Of a DNA stretch of 64,000 bases, positions 1 through 12,200 are shown piece by piece. The position numbers and the translations under genes are program-made. Origin of the DNA: Saccostrea echinata. Taxonomy: Eukaryota. A model generated the notes under the pieces. The model was not told where the DNA came from. It did no database searches and saw nothing but the letters and a program-made list of their open reading frames with translations. The DNA is taken from positions 7,316,001 to 7,380,000 of the forward strand of contig NW_026889769.1 in the NCBI RefSeq assembly GCF_033153115.1, written 5' to 3'. How positions within the stretch are numbered: the first letter of the stretch is position 1; every line of letters starts with the position of its first letter.

Positions 1-403
1 GCATTTGGTTTGTAATCTGCTTTATTACTAGGCCAGTTTCAGATAGTCCCAGAATAACTCTAAATTGAGGCTAATCACCTACATGTATATTCTTCATATG
101 TATATCATAAAATATGTATGCGTCCTTACATGTATTTCAGACTTATAAACTAGCTGCTCAACTGAAATTGTCACATTTATGACATGCTGATTACATCTCC
201 TATGGTATTTTGGGGAGGGGTTGAAGAAGGGGGGGATGTCAGGCTTTTAGATGAATCTTCTTTATATATTAGAAAACTGAGTGTAGGGTACAGTAGTGTA
301 CTAGCTAGGATCTCGGAGGTAAAACTCAGATTTGGAATCAGGATCTGTTATAGATCTTTCATCAGATATTTTAGTTTTTTAAAGTGATAACAAAATAATA
401 GGA

Positions 404-1400
404 AACAAGATGTGTTTGTGAAACACTGAGGCCCCCGTATGGCAACTTAAAGTGAAGGTTAAACTTTCTCAAATGCAAATCAAATAGGTTGGTACCCAAA
501 GTAAGGTCTTGTCTCTAGGAATATACATGTGAAATATGAAAATCCTAGCAGCACTTAGCAGCAACCATTGAATAGATATGGAAAAAGTTAAAGTTTTTCA
601 AAAGTAAGTCAAACATCAAGGTCAAGGTCAAGGTCAAAATTAATGGTGCCCAAGGAAAGGCCTTCTCACAAGAAATATATATGTGAAATATGAAAGTCCT
701 AGCACCAACCATTCAAAAGTTATGCCCAAGGGTAAAGTTTTTCAAATGTAGGTCAAACTCCAAGGTGAAGGTCAAAGGGTCACAGTTGTTGGTATCCAAA
801 AAAAGGTATTGTCACAAAGATTACAGATGTGAAGTATGAAAGCCCTAGCACCAACCATTCAAAAGTTAAGGTCAAGGTTAAAGTTTTTCAAAAGAAGGTC
901 AAACTGCTAGGTCAAGGTCAAAGGGTAAAAAAAGTTGGTATCCAAAAGAAGGTCTGTCACAAGCATTACACATGTGAAGTATGAAAGCCCAAGCACCAAT
1001 TGTTCAAAAGTTATGGCCAAAGTTGAAGTTTTCACAAGTAGGTCAAACTCCTAGGTCCTGGTCAAAGGGTCAAAGTTGTTGGTATTCAAAGTAAGGTCTT
1101 GTCACAAAGATTACACATGTGAAGTATGAACGCCTTAGCACCAATTGTTCAAAACTTATGGCCAAGGTAAAAGTTGGTTTAAGTTTCGCAAAACTGGGTC
1201 AAACTCCAAGGTCAAAAGGTCAAATATGATCGTACCCAAAGAAACGTCTTGTCACAAGGAATACACAGGTGAAATATAAAAGTCATAGCTCCAACCAATC
1301 AAAAGTTATGGGCAATGTTAAAGTTTTTGCAGACAAACAGATAAACAGACAGAAGGATGGACAGGGCAAATACTATATATCCCCAAATCTTCGATTAAAA
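404..1400 (-). mobile_element. Helentron-like non-autonomous element (HINE) with ~146-154-bp internal satellite (AGGTCAAGGTCA family)
   Basis: About 6 tandem units; (GACA)-type microsatellite near one end; terminus aacaagatgtgtttgtgaaacac shared in reverse with 58192-58865. Confidence 0.75.
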
Positions 1401-3086
1401 ATTTGAAATGGTTTAACTGATGCTAGGCATGCACTCTTATATGTATAAAATAGTCTTTTGTTAGTATCCAGCTGTGGCACATGGGTGTACATTGTCAGTA
1501 CTATACATAAAGCTGTATGCAATTTTAAACACTCTAGGTGTACCAATGTGTGGTTTTATATTACAGTGACAGCTTCTAAGGAGAAATCAATTATTTAGAA
1601 ATACAGGGTCTGACTGACGTGGGACAGTTATACTGACAACTCAAGTCATTCCTTGCCACATTTAGTCATGTGTATTAATGTTTTACATCTTTGAATTTTC
1701 CTTTCAGTTTGATGAATTACAATGAAATTCAGCAGGTGCTTGTAAAATTTTTTTCTTTTTTTCATTAACAGATATCAACTTATTCTACCAATTCTGCAGT
1801 AGGCTTACATACTAATACTATTTTTTTTTTTGCTTTTTTTGCTTACAACTAAAGTATACCATATGATGAAAGACTTTTTTTGTCATAAATATAAAATAGT
1901 CCCTGTGAACTTCCGCAATTTCATTACTAGGATATTTTAAAAAATGAACTTTCTGAATGTAGGATATAACCACACGCTTATAAACACAAGTTATGTTTTT
2001 TTTTAAAATCTCTCACTAAAAAAGAAATTTCAGTTGTGGATCTTCAACCTCATCAAATTTCTTCAGTGCATATGTTGGCCTAATGATATTAAAAATCATA
2101 GATATTGTATGTTTTATGTGATGTGCTGATAAGATTATGAAAAGCTACATCATGGCTACTTGTACTTATAATTAGCTTACAGGTGATGGGAAAGCCCTGA
2201 CAAAAAAGCTGAACATCAGTTAACAGTATACCACTTTTTTATCAGTCGTTTAAGATAAATTTCATGAGTGCAGGGGTGTAAATTGGTTTTGAGATCCTTT
2301 GCTACTGTTATAGATAAACGTGTTCATGATGTTATCATGATATATTTATTACACTAAACATGGTGATTCAATTTAACAGTACATCTTATCATTTTGTGTT
2401 CAAATAACTGGTTTTTTTTTTTTTTAAAGAATAGCAAAATATACATAAAATTTCATACTCAATTTTAAAATGATAATTGGAAGCAGATTTAAACTTTGTT
2501 CATGTCAAATGCCTTTTTAATTTTTTTTCAAATTTTTATATTAAGTTGCAGAACTGTAAGAATCGATCATGACTTTCAATGTGGATGAAGTAATGTTGCT
2601 CTAAATAAAGATTAATAATTAATTCATTAGAGAGTTTACTATTTGTAGTAAACTCTGAATATACTACACTGAAAAGGAAAGAGAAAGTTGACATGCAAGC
2701 ATGATGAGAGAAATAGCTATTGAAAAAGGGTTCAATGGTGGAAGCTGTAATGCTGATACATATAGATTAACCAAGGGGTGACCCTCTAGTAATGACAAAT
2801 TTTACAATAAATCTATGGGGGTTGTATAATCTCAACAGAAACTTAAGCATGCTATCAATATTTTTGTAGAGAAATTATTGACTTGTTTTTCCCTGACAAA
2901 TGGTAGAAAGGATCCATACTGTAGCTTAGTAGTTGAAGTCAATGATATTGATAAAATTCTAGCCAGTTTTTTCCATGAATTGTCACATATTCAGTCCTTC
3001 ATTCTGCATTTCTGACATGATGGAGTAGAGTGTCCATATTGTGTGTGTCTTGTGTAGTTTTATGTGGATGTATAATATATTTCCAG

Positions 3087-3251
3087 GAAAATTCCAGCAA
3101 AACTTGGTGCAGAGTTGACAAGTAAAGACGTACAGAACCGGATTTTAGCCTGTAAATTTTCACCTTCTTGGAGATATTTTGCAGTCTGTGATGATGCCAA
3201 GAGACTTTATCTGTTCCACTGTAGTGAACAATGGGAAATGGTTAGCAACAG
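3087..3251 (+). CDS. WDR4: WDR4 exon (KIPAKL...[37 protein letters not shown])
   Basis: ttccag acceptor, ag|gtacgt donor; resembles human [22 protein letters not shown]. Confidence 0.9.
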
Positions 3252-6200
3252 GTACGTATTTATAGAGCCAGGTGACAGAGTGAAACTGCCGGCTGGCAAT
3301 TAACGCAATGTCACACCGCTCACTCGGCAGGGAGCTGGAGAAAAATGCTTGAAGCCCAGAGATTAGGCTAATAAAGCACACTGCCGGCAATGGTCTGTTT
3401 TGCTAGGTTAAAAGGGAATTCTCCTTGTTTGGCAGTGAGGGAGTGTTGAATGGGCATGCTGTTTACTCAGCCTCAACCAACTTTCCCTCATACAGAAATT
3501 AAAATATGACTACTGCAAAAGTAGTGAAGGTAAAAGCTGTAATGTATTATGTGTTTAACCATTTCCTCTTTCCCACAACCACTCAATTTGCACCCTGGTA
3601 ATAAATAGGGTGGGTTATTTATGAAGCGAGGCATGTTTTAACCCTGTGTAAACAATGGCTGCTGGAATCTTCATCAGCAGCTATTCCCATCTTTGTGCCC
3701 GACCTGTGCCAAAGGTCTCCCTATCTATTTCATGCAAGGCTGATTCACTTCAATTGAAAATGGGCCTTTAAATTATGAAGTAAAACAGAATGGGAAAATG
3801 ATGGCATTGATTCTTAACAAATACCCTGCAAATTTATAATCACTTTATCAATATTTATTTCACAGTCCTGACTTGAGAGAAATGTTTTATTTAGGCAAAA
3901 AAAGGATGCCATTATGGAGTCAAAATGTGATATATTCATTTTAATTTTTAAAAGGGGGAGGGGGTGTGGAAAAATGAGGAATAATCATAATTAGGGACAT
4001 TGTTTTTTTGTTTTTTATATCTGGGAAAAAAATTCAGTACATCATTAGGAGACCTTTATGCTGTTTGCACTTGATATGAAATACATGTATGTAAAAGATA
4101 ATAGTATATGTACCAAACAATATTTTCCAGTGAAGTAGAAAAGAATTTGTGGAGGAAATATTTAGACACATTTATTTTTAGTGACATTAATGGGTTCATT
4201 CAGAACTGAACCAATTTCAATCAATGTTGGCATATAGCTTCTATTATTGAAGGGGAACAAAAAATTTAAATTTCATGGTCTCTGCTACCTCTAGGGCCTG
4301 AGGGGTGGGGCTAAAACCATCAAAATTAATGCAGTCTTTAAAAATCTGCTTATTTACTCCTGGAAATCAAGCAGTTGCCATGATTGTAATAAAGATTGAG
4401 CCCTCTACCAAATTCTGAAATTCAAGACCCCAGGGTCAAGGGTTCTGGAGTTACGGTGGGGCTCTAATGATAAAATAGTGAAAATGCATAAATTCTTTCA
4501 AAATCTTCTTCTTTTCCCCTTTATATTTAGCAGATAAGCAGGGTTTATTAATTTGTAAGTTATTCCCCTTAGCTATTCACCTAGCAACATAAGTTCATGT
4601 TTTAGTTTATTTTGTTTTATTTTATACTTCTATGGATCTTTACAGTGTTGTATTACTCAGGTGACTGTTAAGGCCATTGAGCCTCTTGTTTTTCTTTGAA
4701 AAAAAAGGAGGGGGGATTAATATACATTTTAATGATAATTCAAATTAGATGATCCTTCTCTCTATTTTCTTAAATTCTTCAATTCTGAAGGATAAAAAAT
4801 AAATTAAAATTGAATAAAATATTCAGTAAACCAAATACAAGTGAAAATTTAATGTCGTTTACCTGGTATATAAGCAAAAGAAATTTAATTTAAGGAACTA
4901 TCAACTAAAAGTTTCTAAGTTTCCACTCAGTTTTTGAAATTCTTCATTAAAAAAAGTAACCAAGAATAAAATGAAATTGGATAATTGATTTAAAAACTTC
5001 AGTTAAACTCTAAATGAGACAGAAAGAGAAAGTAACTATTTATAAAGAGATCAAATGTTTGTTTCAAGAAAGAGAGAGGCTGTCAGGTGGACAAATAGAG
5101 AGAGAAAACAGACAGACAGATGGCTTTACACCTACAAAGAAACATATGTAATGTAGTAGTAGATCATCTGTAATTGTAAAGACTTCTCATTGTGCAAAGG
5201 GGGGGGGGGGGTGTAATCTTTTCTAATTCAGTGTCTGTCAGTTCAATACTTGAATACATGGGCTTTATTTTTGCAGATTTAATTTTGAGGGAAGAGTGCA
5301 CTTTTTTCCTATGAAAATTATTAATGTGTATTAATATTTTATTGATTTTGTCTTTTTAACATATGAATGGGAATTAAGCTTATAATTGTTTAATTTAAAC
5401 CTTTTTCTAGTAATTAGCAGTGCAAAATGTTAAACAGAAATGTATGGACTTTGGAAATTGCAAGTTTTACACAAAATATTTCATAGAACTAGAAAATAAT
5501 TGTAATCAAGTTGTATCCCTTTTGTTTCTTAATTAAAAATCCTTTCCATTAAATGAGTATTTTGTACATGAAAAAAGTGATATGAGAAATACAGATTGAC
5601 AGTTTACGGCTGAAAAAGGGAGTTTATATTCCTATAATACGAAAGCATTAAAGTCTACGAAGATTTGAGTGTTAGGAGAAGACTTAAACTAGACATTTAT
5701 TTACAACACCACTGCACGCTAGGCAGCCTAATTGGAATATATGGTGACGGAACAGAAAATCGCAGTATATAAATACGCCTTGTCCAGCTTCTGCGGGCCT
5801 TGATATATGAAGGCAACCTTTTATGTGTAATTTTCTAGGGATATCTCCATAGCTAAACTGGTGTTTTCTAATTAAGACTTTGATAGACACCCATCACTGA
5901 AGATCATCCATCATGGATGGACAGACACAAATAAACTTTTTCTCAGGGCAGTGCTAGCAATCCCACAATTCTCCTCATCCCAAAATCTGCAGGAGTCAAG
6001 ATGGCCTCTGTCTGGCTTTGTAAGACAAGATGAATTTCTCTGAAGGCAGGGTCAGAATTGCTGATGAAGACATAGTAGTTTTCATCAGTTTCAGCCTGTC
6101 AATGCAAACAGATGGTGGTCAGTAGAGATTTCAGCACCAAATCAAAACAAATGTAGTCATGTTGTGTTTCTCAATATGTCCTAGGAGTTCTACAGTATCT

Positions 6201-9200
6201 AAATCAATGGCTCTTAGATTTAGGTAAAAAACTTGGCGCTTAAAATTAGTGCGGTAAATAACAAATTGTTCATTGCATTACCTTGGATGTTAGTTTAAAC
6301 TTTAAAAGTTAAAAATTTCATCCCAAAAATCCAAGATTATAAAACTGAACTAATTAGCAATATTAAATTAGCCACCTGTTATTATAATTATTAGTAAAGG
6401 AAATTTTAAACAAAAAATTAACTTTCTTTAGTCTAGTCTAGTCTTCTAGTCTAAAGATAAAAGTTTTTTTCTTACTCTAAAACAAAAATATTCAGATTTC
6501 TAGTTTTGTAGAAAAAAATTGCATACAGAAAAGGAAAAAAAAAGAATTGTCTCTTGAAATAAATACAGGTACACACAATAGTTTTCACTGATATGAAAGA
6601 GTAGACAATGAGATAGAATTTAGTCTCGTAGTTTAATCTCATATACAAGGTCCCTTGGTACGATATCCCATCATATACACTCTAAATTACTGAGCTTAAG
6701 ACTAAAACATATATGGTGGTTAAAAAAGAGAAACATTGACTTAAATTGTCTGTAATTACACATTTTCACACACAAAGAAATATTATTCCTCTGTCGGGAA
6801 TATTTTGCTGATTATCTTTAATAGTCTTGGAGTGCTGTAGATTCCGGACATAGATCGGACACAGATTGTTTGATCAGAAGGCAGCTATGAGGTTAGTCAC
6901 AGTACAGGCGGTATTAAAGTACTAAATGACAAGACAAAGCCTGGACATTAATTTGCAGAAACATGAGTGAAATTCCAGCTGCCAATAGTTACTGGGTACC
7001 ATATAGCACAAAAGAAGACCTGATAAATGACTGCCCACTCTTCCCGACCAAAGTAGACAAAACACAGGTCATTCTTCTTGCCAGATTCAAAGGAATTACA
7101 AATGTACAATATGGTATAATGAGCTTTTTGTTTAGAAGTTCTTATGAATGTTATTTATCCAGTACAGCAACATGTGGCATGATCTGTATTTTTTTTTTTA
7201 GTTTTAATCCCTAAAGCAATTATTGTTCAAATTCAGTAAAATATTGTATGAAACTAATATCCAATAGGTATTTGAATTAAAGATCATTATTTCTTCAGTA
7301 CATAGAACATTACATGTATCGTACATATCTAACATCAATATGCAGTCTCAGAATGACTTCTCTACATAATTGGATCTCTTCTTTACCATGGCAACAAGAG
7401 GTCATTTGAATGAAGGACTTTGGGGATTGGTTGGGCATCTTGGACCATACACTGACGTTTGGTCCAGCTGATTAACAAAGTAATTACACACTGAGTAATC
7501 TGAAATACCCTGGAGATAAGACACACACACATCAGTTTTCTCACTGTTGTAGCTGGATAGCCCAGTTCTGCAGCATTATCATAATATGCCAGTTGTGGAT
7601 CAGTTGCATCTTTTCTAGGCTTTTTCTCAAATGGACTTCATTATATTTTCCATAATTTAATGCATTCTCAGATACAAAATAGAGAACTTTCTGCCGGGAC
7701 TGTTTCAAGTCATATGGACATATATGGGTAAAGGCAATGAGAAAGTTGTTAATTTCATTATTAAATATTGTTTATTGAGGTGTTAGAGTCCTAAGATTCA
7801 ATAGTTGATGTATGTGTTTGGTAAATGATTTTCCGATTGTGGCAGTGAATATAAAGACCTAGTTTATACATTCTTCAACCAGCTTTAAAATTTTAAAAAG
7901 TAATGAATGGCACAACTTTCTGTTAGGAAATATGAATTTTACACTAAAAGCAAGCTTCCTGTTTTTGCTGCAGCTGAAGCACGGTGAGATATATGTATAG
8001 TGAAGCCTATTGTAGAAACTGGCCTGGCGTCTTTTCAAAGGATGGAGGTATATTTACTCAGCTCATTCTAAAACTGTGTTTGACGTCAATAACAGTACTC
8101 TAAGCTGAATACTGGGGCCAATTTAATACTCCGGCAAATAATATATTGTCTCTGTGAAAAACTTGATGCTGAAGCTGGTACAAAGGGTTTAAATGTTTAA
8201 TGAATAGAGCATTATAAATTGCTATTTGTTTAGATTTTGTCTTGTTTTATATGGGGAACAATACCTAAGTGAATGCTTTCTGAGGACTTAAACTTATATT
8301 TAAGTGTTTCCAAAAAAATCAATATATTGATGGAGAATTGTGAGTGACAGCTTGGGGCTAATATTTGTTTTTATATAATCAAGAGAACTTGTTGTAAAGG
8401 TACATGTTTACATTTATGACATTTACATTTGGGAAAATTGCCTCAATTTCTGAGAAAACATAGGAATGACTAAGCATCTATTTTTAAGATATAAGATATA
8501 GCCTGGAATATTCTAACAAGTTCTCAGTTTCCTACAGGTTCTAATGGGCTGAATTTTCTACAGGTTTTCTAATGCATTTAAAATTTCCTACTGGTTCTGA
8601 TGGGCTAAAAATGTCCCAAATGTCCACAGTACAGGATATTCACTTTTGTATGTGAACCAGTACATTTATTTTCTAGACCCCATGCATAAACAATTTCTAT
8701 CACTTCTGTGGCTAGGACAGTCTTCTCCTTTTCTGAGTGATCATTTTTTAGATGAAAGCACGTGTCTGTACATCACTGCGATCAGGACCAATATAAGGCA
8801 TGGGCTTTATCTGTATTCTTGTTCCTGATTTACACCAGCCATAAAAGACTTTTGTTCAATGCTTTCTGAATTCCCCAGAGAGGCTGATAATTTCTGATGG
8901 CACTATTTTTATTTTTTGTAGTGTTTTATCTTTCCCCTACATGTGTATCACCAGCCAGTCGCAGACTGGTTACCGTGGTGATTCTGCCTCTTCTGAATGC
9001 TTTACACAGTCCTTGCTTACAGTTATGATTGCAGATAACAATGTCTTTGTCTTTCAAACCTAGTCATCAGTATGGGATTCATTTTATGGTGAATAATTTA
9101 GCTCTCTAATGCATTGTTTATGATTTCATTGAAATTAAATATTATGAATTTTTAAAATAAATTCATTTTATACAAGTTGCTTTGGAGGAAATAGTTAATA

Positions 9201-12200
9201 ATATTATTGCATGCATGACATACTGGGGCCTACATATATATATTTCTTTAAAGATAATGTTGCATAAATTGAGTTATATTTAGATAATAATGAAAAGACA
9301 ACAAAAGGTCCTATTTTTATAGATTTTAAACAAGATCAAAATTAGTATTTCCCTTTCAATTAATTATCTACAAGATTAATTTTAGAAAAAACTCTCCACA
9401 GAATGAGATTTTCTTTTTCAAAGTTTTGCCAGAATCTTAGATGAAATAATTAAAAAGCCTTTTAAAGTATTTTTCTCATAAGATTTTAGATAAAAATTTG
9501 ATTTTCATTATACATTAATTAGCATCTTGAAATTGATTTCTTACTTAGAGTTGAGTCTATGTTTGCTTCATGAGAAAGTGGACTTGATTTCTTACTTTGA
9601 GTTGAGTCTAAGTTTGTTCCATGAGAAAGTGGACTAAATGATTTCTTACTTTGAGTTGAGTCTAAGTTTGTTTCATGAGATAGTGGACTTGATTTCTTAC
9701 TTTGAGTTGAGTCTAAGTTTGCTTCATGAGATAGTGGACTTGATTTCTTACTTTGAGTTGAGTCTAAGTTTGCTTCATGAGATAGTGGACTTGATTTCTT
9801 ACTTTGAGTTGAGTCTAAGTTTGTTTCATGAGATAGTGGACTTGATTTCTTACTTTGAGTTGAGTCTAAGTTTGCTTCATGAGATAGTGGACTTGATTTC
9901 TTACTTTGAGTTGAGTCTAAGTTTGTTTCATGAGATAGTGGACTTGATTTCTTACTTTGAGTTGAGTCTAAGTTTGTTTCATGAGATAGTGGACTTGATT
10001 TCTTACTTTGAGTTGAGTCTAAGTTTGTTTCATGAGATACTGGACATAAGACAAGAAATGATGACTGTTCAAAACGAATCAACACAATCAATTTAGGAAG
10101 GGTAAAACTAATCATTGAATAATAACCAGTGGATCTTTTTTCGCAAAATGTCTTATGACTAAGGCAAAATGTTCCAGTTTTCCCAAAAAAATAGGTCACA
10201 AAAAAATTATATTTCTATTATGTAAGAATATCATTTTGTATATTGTGAACAAATCTTTGGAAAAACTATTATCTTTATCAAACAAAGAAATTACAGAGCT
10301 GTCTAATTTTAATCTTAATTTTAAGATTTTTTTATTGAAAAGGGCCATAGGTAGTTGATAAATACATTTTCTAAATGCTGCCATCTGTGATTCAGCTTGA
10401 ATCCATAATGATAAAATGATGGCAAATCTTTTTTCTTGAAGATCAAATGCAGTTATAGTAACTTGACAGATAAATCAGTTCTATTTTTCAAGTGCTAAAT
10501 TACTATTGTCCAAAATGTACAAATTACTGAAATTCTAAGAATGATAGCAAAATTATTTTGATGGTCAGCATGTGTTTGCCATAGATATGTTTTATAATGT
10601 TAAAAATATGGGTATTCATTTGACATAATGAACAATACACATACTACTGAAGAATAGTATGTGCATCTTTTAATTTATTTTAGCATGAAATAAATGTGGG
10701 ATTTCTCTCAAAGTTACAAATAAGATTGTTTCTCCTCATAAAAAAAGAAGTGAGAGTTGATTTAAAAAAAATTTTTTTTTTAATTGTCTAACTTTATTTA
10801 CTGTGATGTTGCAAAAGGTCAAAGTTCATTTCAAAACTTTTTTTCAGAATCTTCTATCCATCTAGTCACAGATATCTTAATTTTGTTAACATTAGACTGA
10901 AGTTTTCTTTTCCTGCCACAAGCTTTGTAGCCATTTGTCTGTTAATTTTAAGTGACAGGATTAGTTAATTGTTTCACAGGTGTAATGAAATTTGTAGTCT
11001 TCAGCCTCCCAAAAGTGTTCTGCGGCTAATGGAACTCACAATACAATCAACTGTAAATGGGGGACCTATAAAAGAATGAGTAAATATATGGTTAATGAGA
11101 CAGTTATACAATGGTGTGGGAATATAATGGGTCATTTGTTATTACACAATCTCTAGTCTCAGGACAATCAAACTAGCTTATTGTTGTTGAGACCAGGCAG
11201 ATGGTGGAAATGGACTGGCAGACAGTATATAGCTATTTGATGTAGAACTCAAAAATGGCAATGCCACTGAACAATTAATGGGTTCATCTTTTTTTCGTGA
11301 TGTAAATAAACTTACAGAGAATATTTTCTTTTATTGAGTGCTTTTTCTGAACATTTGATTTCTTTGTTAATGAAAATTTTGAAATTTGTTAATAAGAAAG
11401 TTGTAACATTTGAAATTTTTCTTACAGCTTGTTTCTCCTTTAGCTCCAAAGATCCAGTTTGGAGACAAGATCTGCATTTGTTATAATTATGCAATAATTT
11501 ACTGTATGTGTGTCATCATACACTGTAAATAAAATTTTAATGTAAACAATGTTAATATACATGTACAAGTATGTACCTTCATTGTAGTGAATCTAAACAC
11601 ACAGAACAGAAATTGATTTTTAAATTATTGATTGATTTTCAATGTAAAAGCTAGGTAATAAATTGTTACTTGCTGAAGATTCCCAGAAAACAATTAGGCA
11701 AAGAGGGAAGCTATTCATTATGTAACCTTTATTTAACCATTTTACACGAATTCATAGTAGTAACTTCATGGGCACTTCAGCTTATTTAATTTACATATCA
11801 AAGCATATTTATAAAAAAAAAAAAATTGTGTTTGATTATATATTACATTAAACTGTAAGTGAGTTGCTTCAGAAAATGTTGACCTTGCAATTGGTATTAC
11901 TTGAGAATTAATACATTTGTATAAATGGTACTCTTAACTTAATGCCAGGTAAAAAGATTACAATTTGGACTTTTCTGTGAGAGTTTTTAATTGAAAAGTA
12001 AGCAATTTCGTGTTGTAGCTGTATATTTGGAATTTGAGGGTTTCGATGTATTGCATTGCAAGGTGGAAAAAAGCATGATTTTTAATTCTATTTGTTAAGC
12101 AAATTTCTAGGAGAATAATGTACATTTTTCTTTCTAGAGTGTTTATTGTACCTAATGCTAATGCTCTTTAAGTACAAGAGGGACAACCTCCAAAGAAAAT

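Noticed and set aside
5948-6019. 72-nt plus-strand AG...GT segment as an alternative WDR4 exon
   Set aside because: The flanking exons already join to give the conserved WDR4 sequence, and the segment shows no homology.
7387-7499. Possible further minus-strand exon (open frame between AG and GT)
   Set aside because: No recognisable homology and no demonstrable link to the 10007-10039 candidate microexon.
9519-10199. 226-aa (-) and 152-aa (+) repetitive ORFs as stand-alone genes
   Set aside because: They are explained by a 51-bp (17-codon) stop-free unit, with non-protein-like flanks and no recognisable family. Only the possible microexon interpretation is retained.
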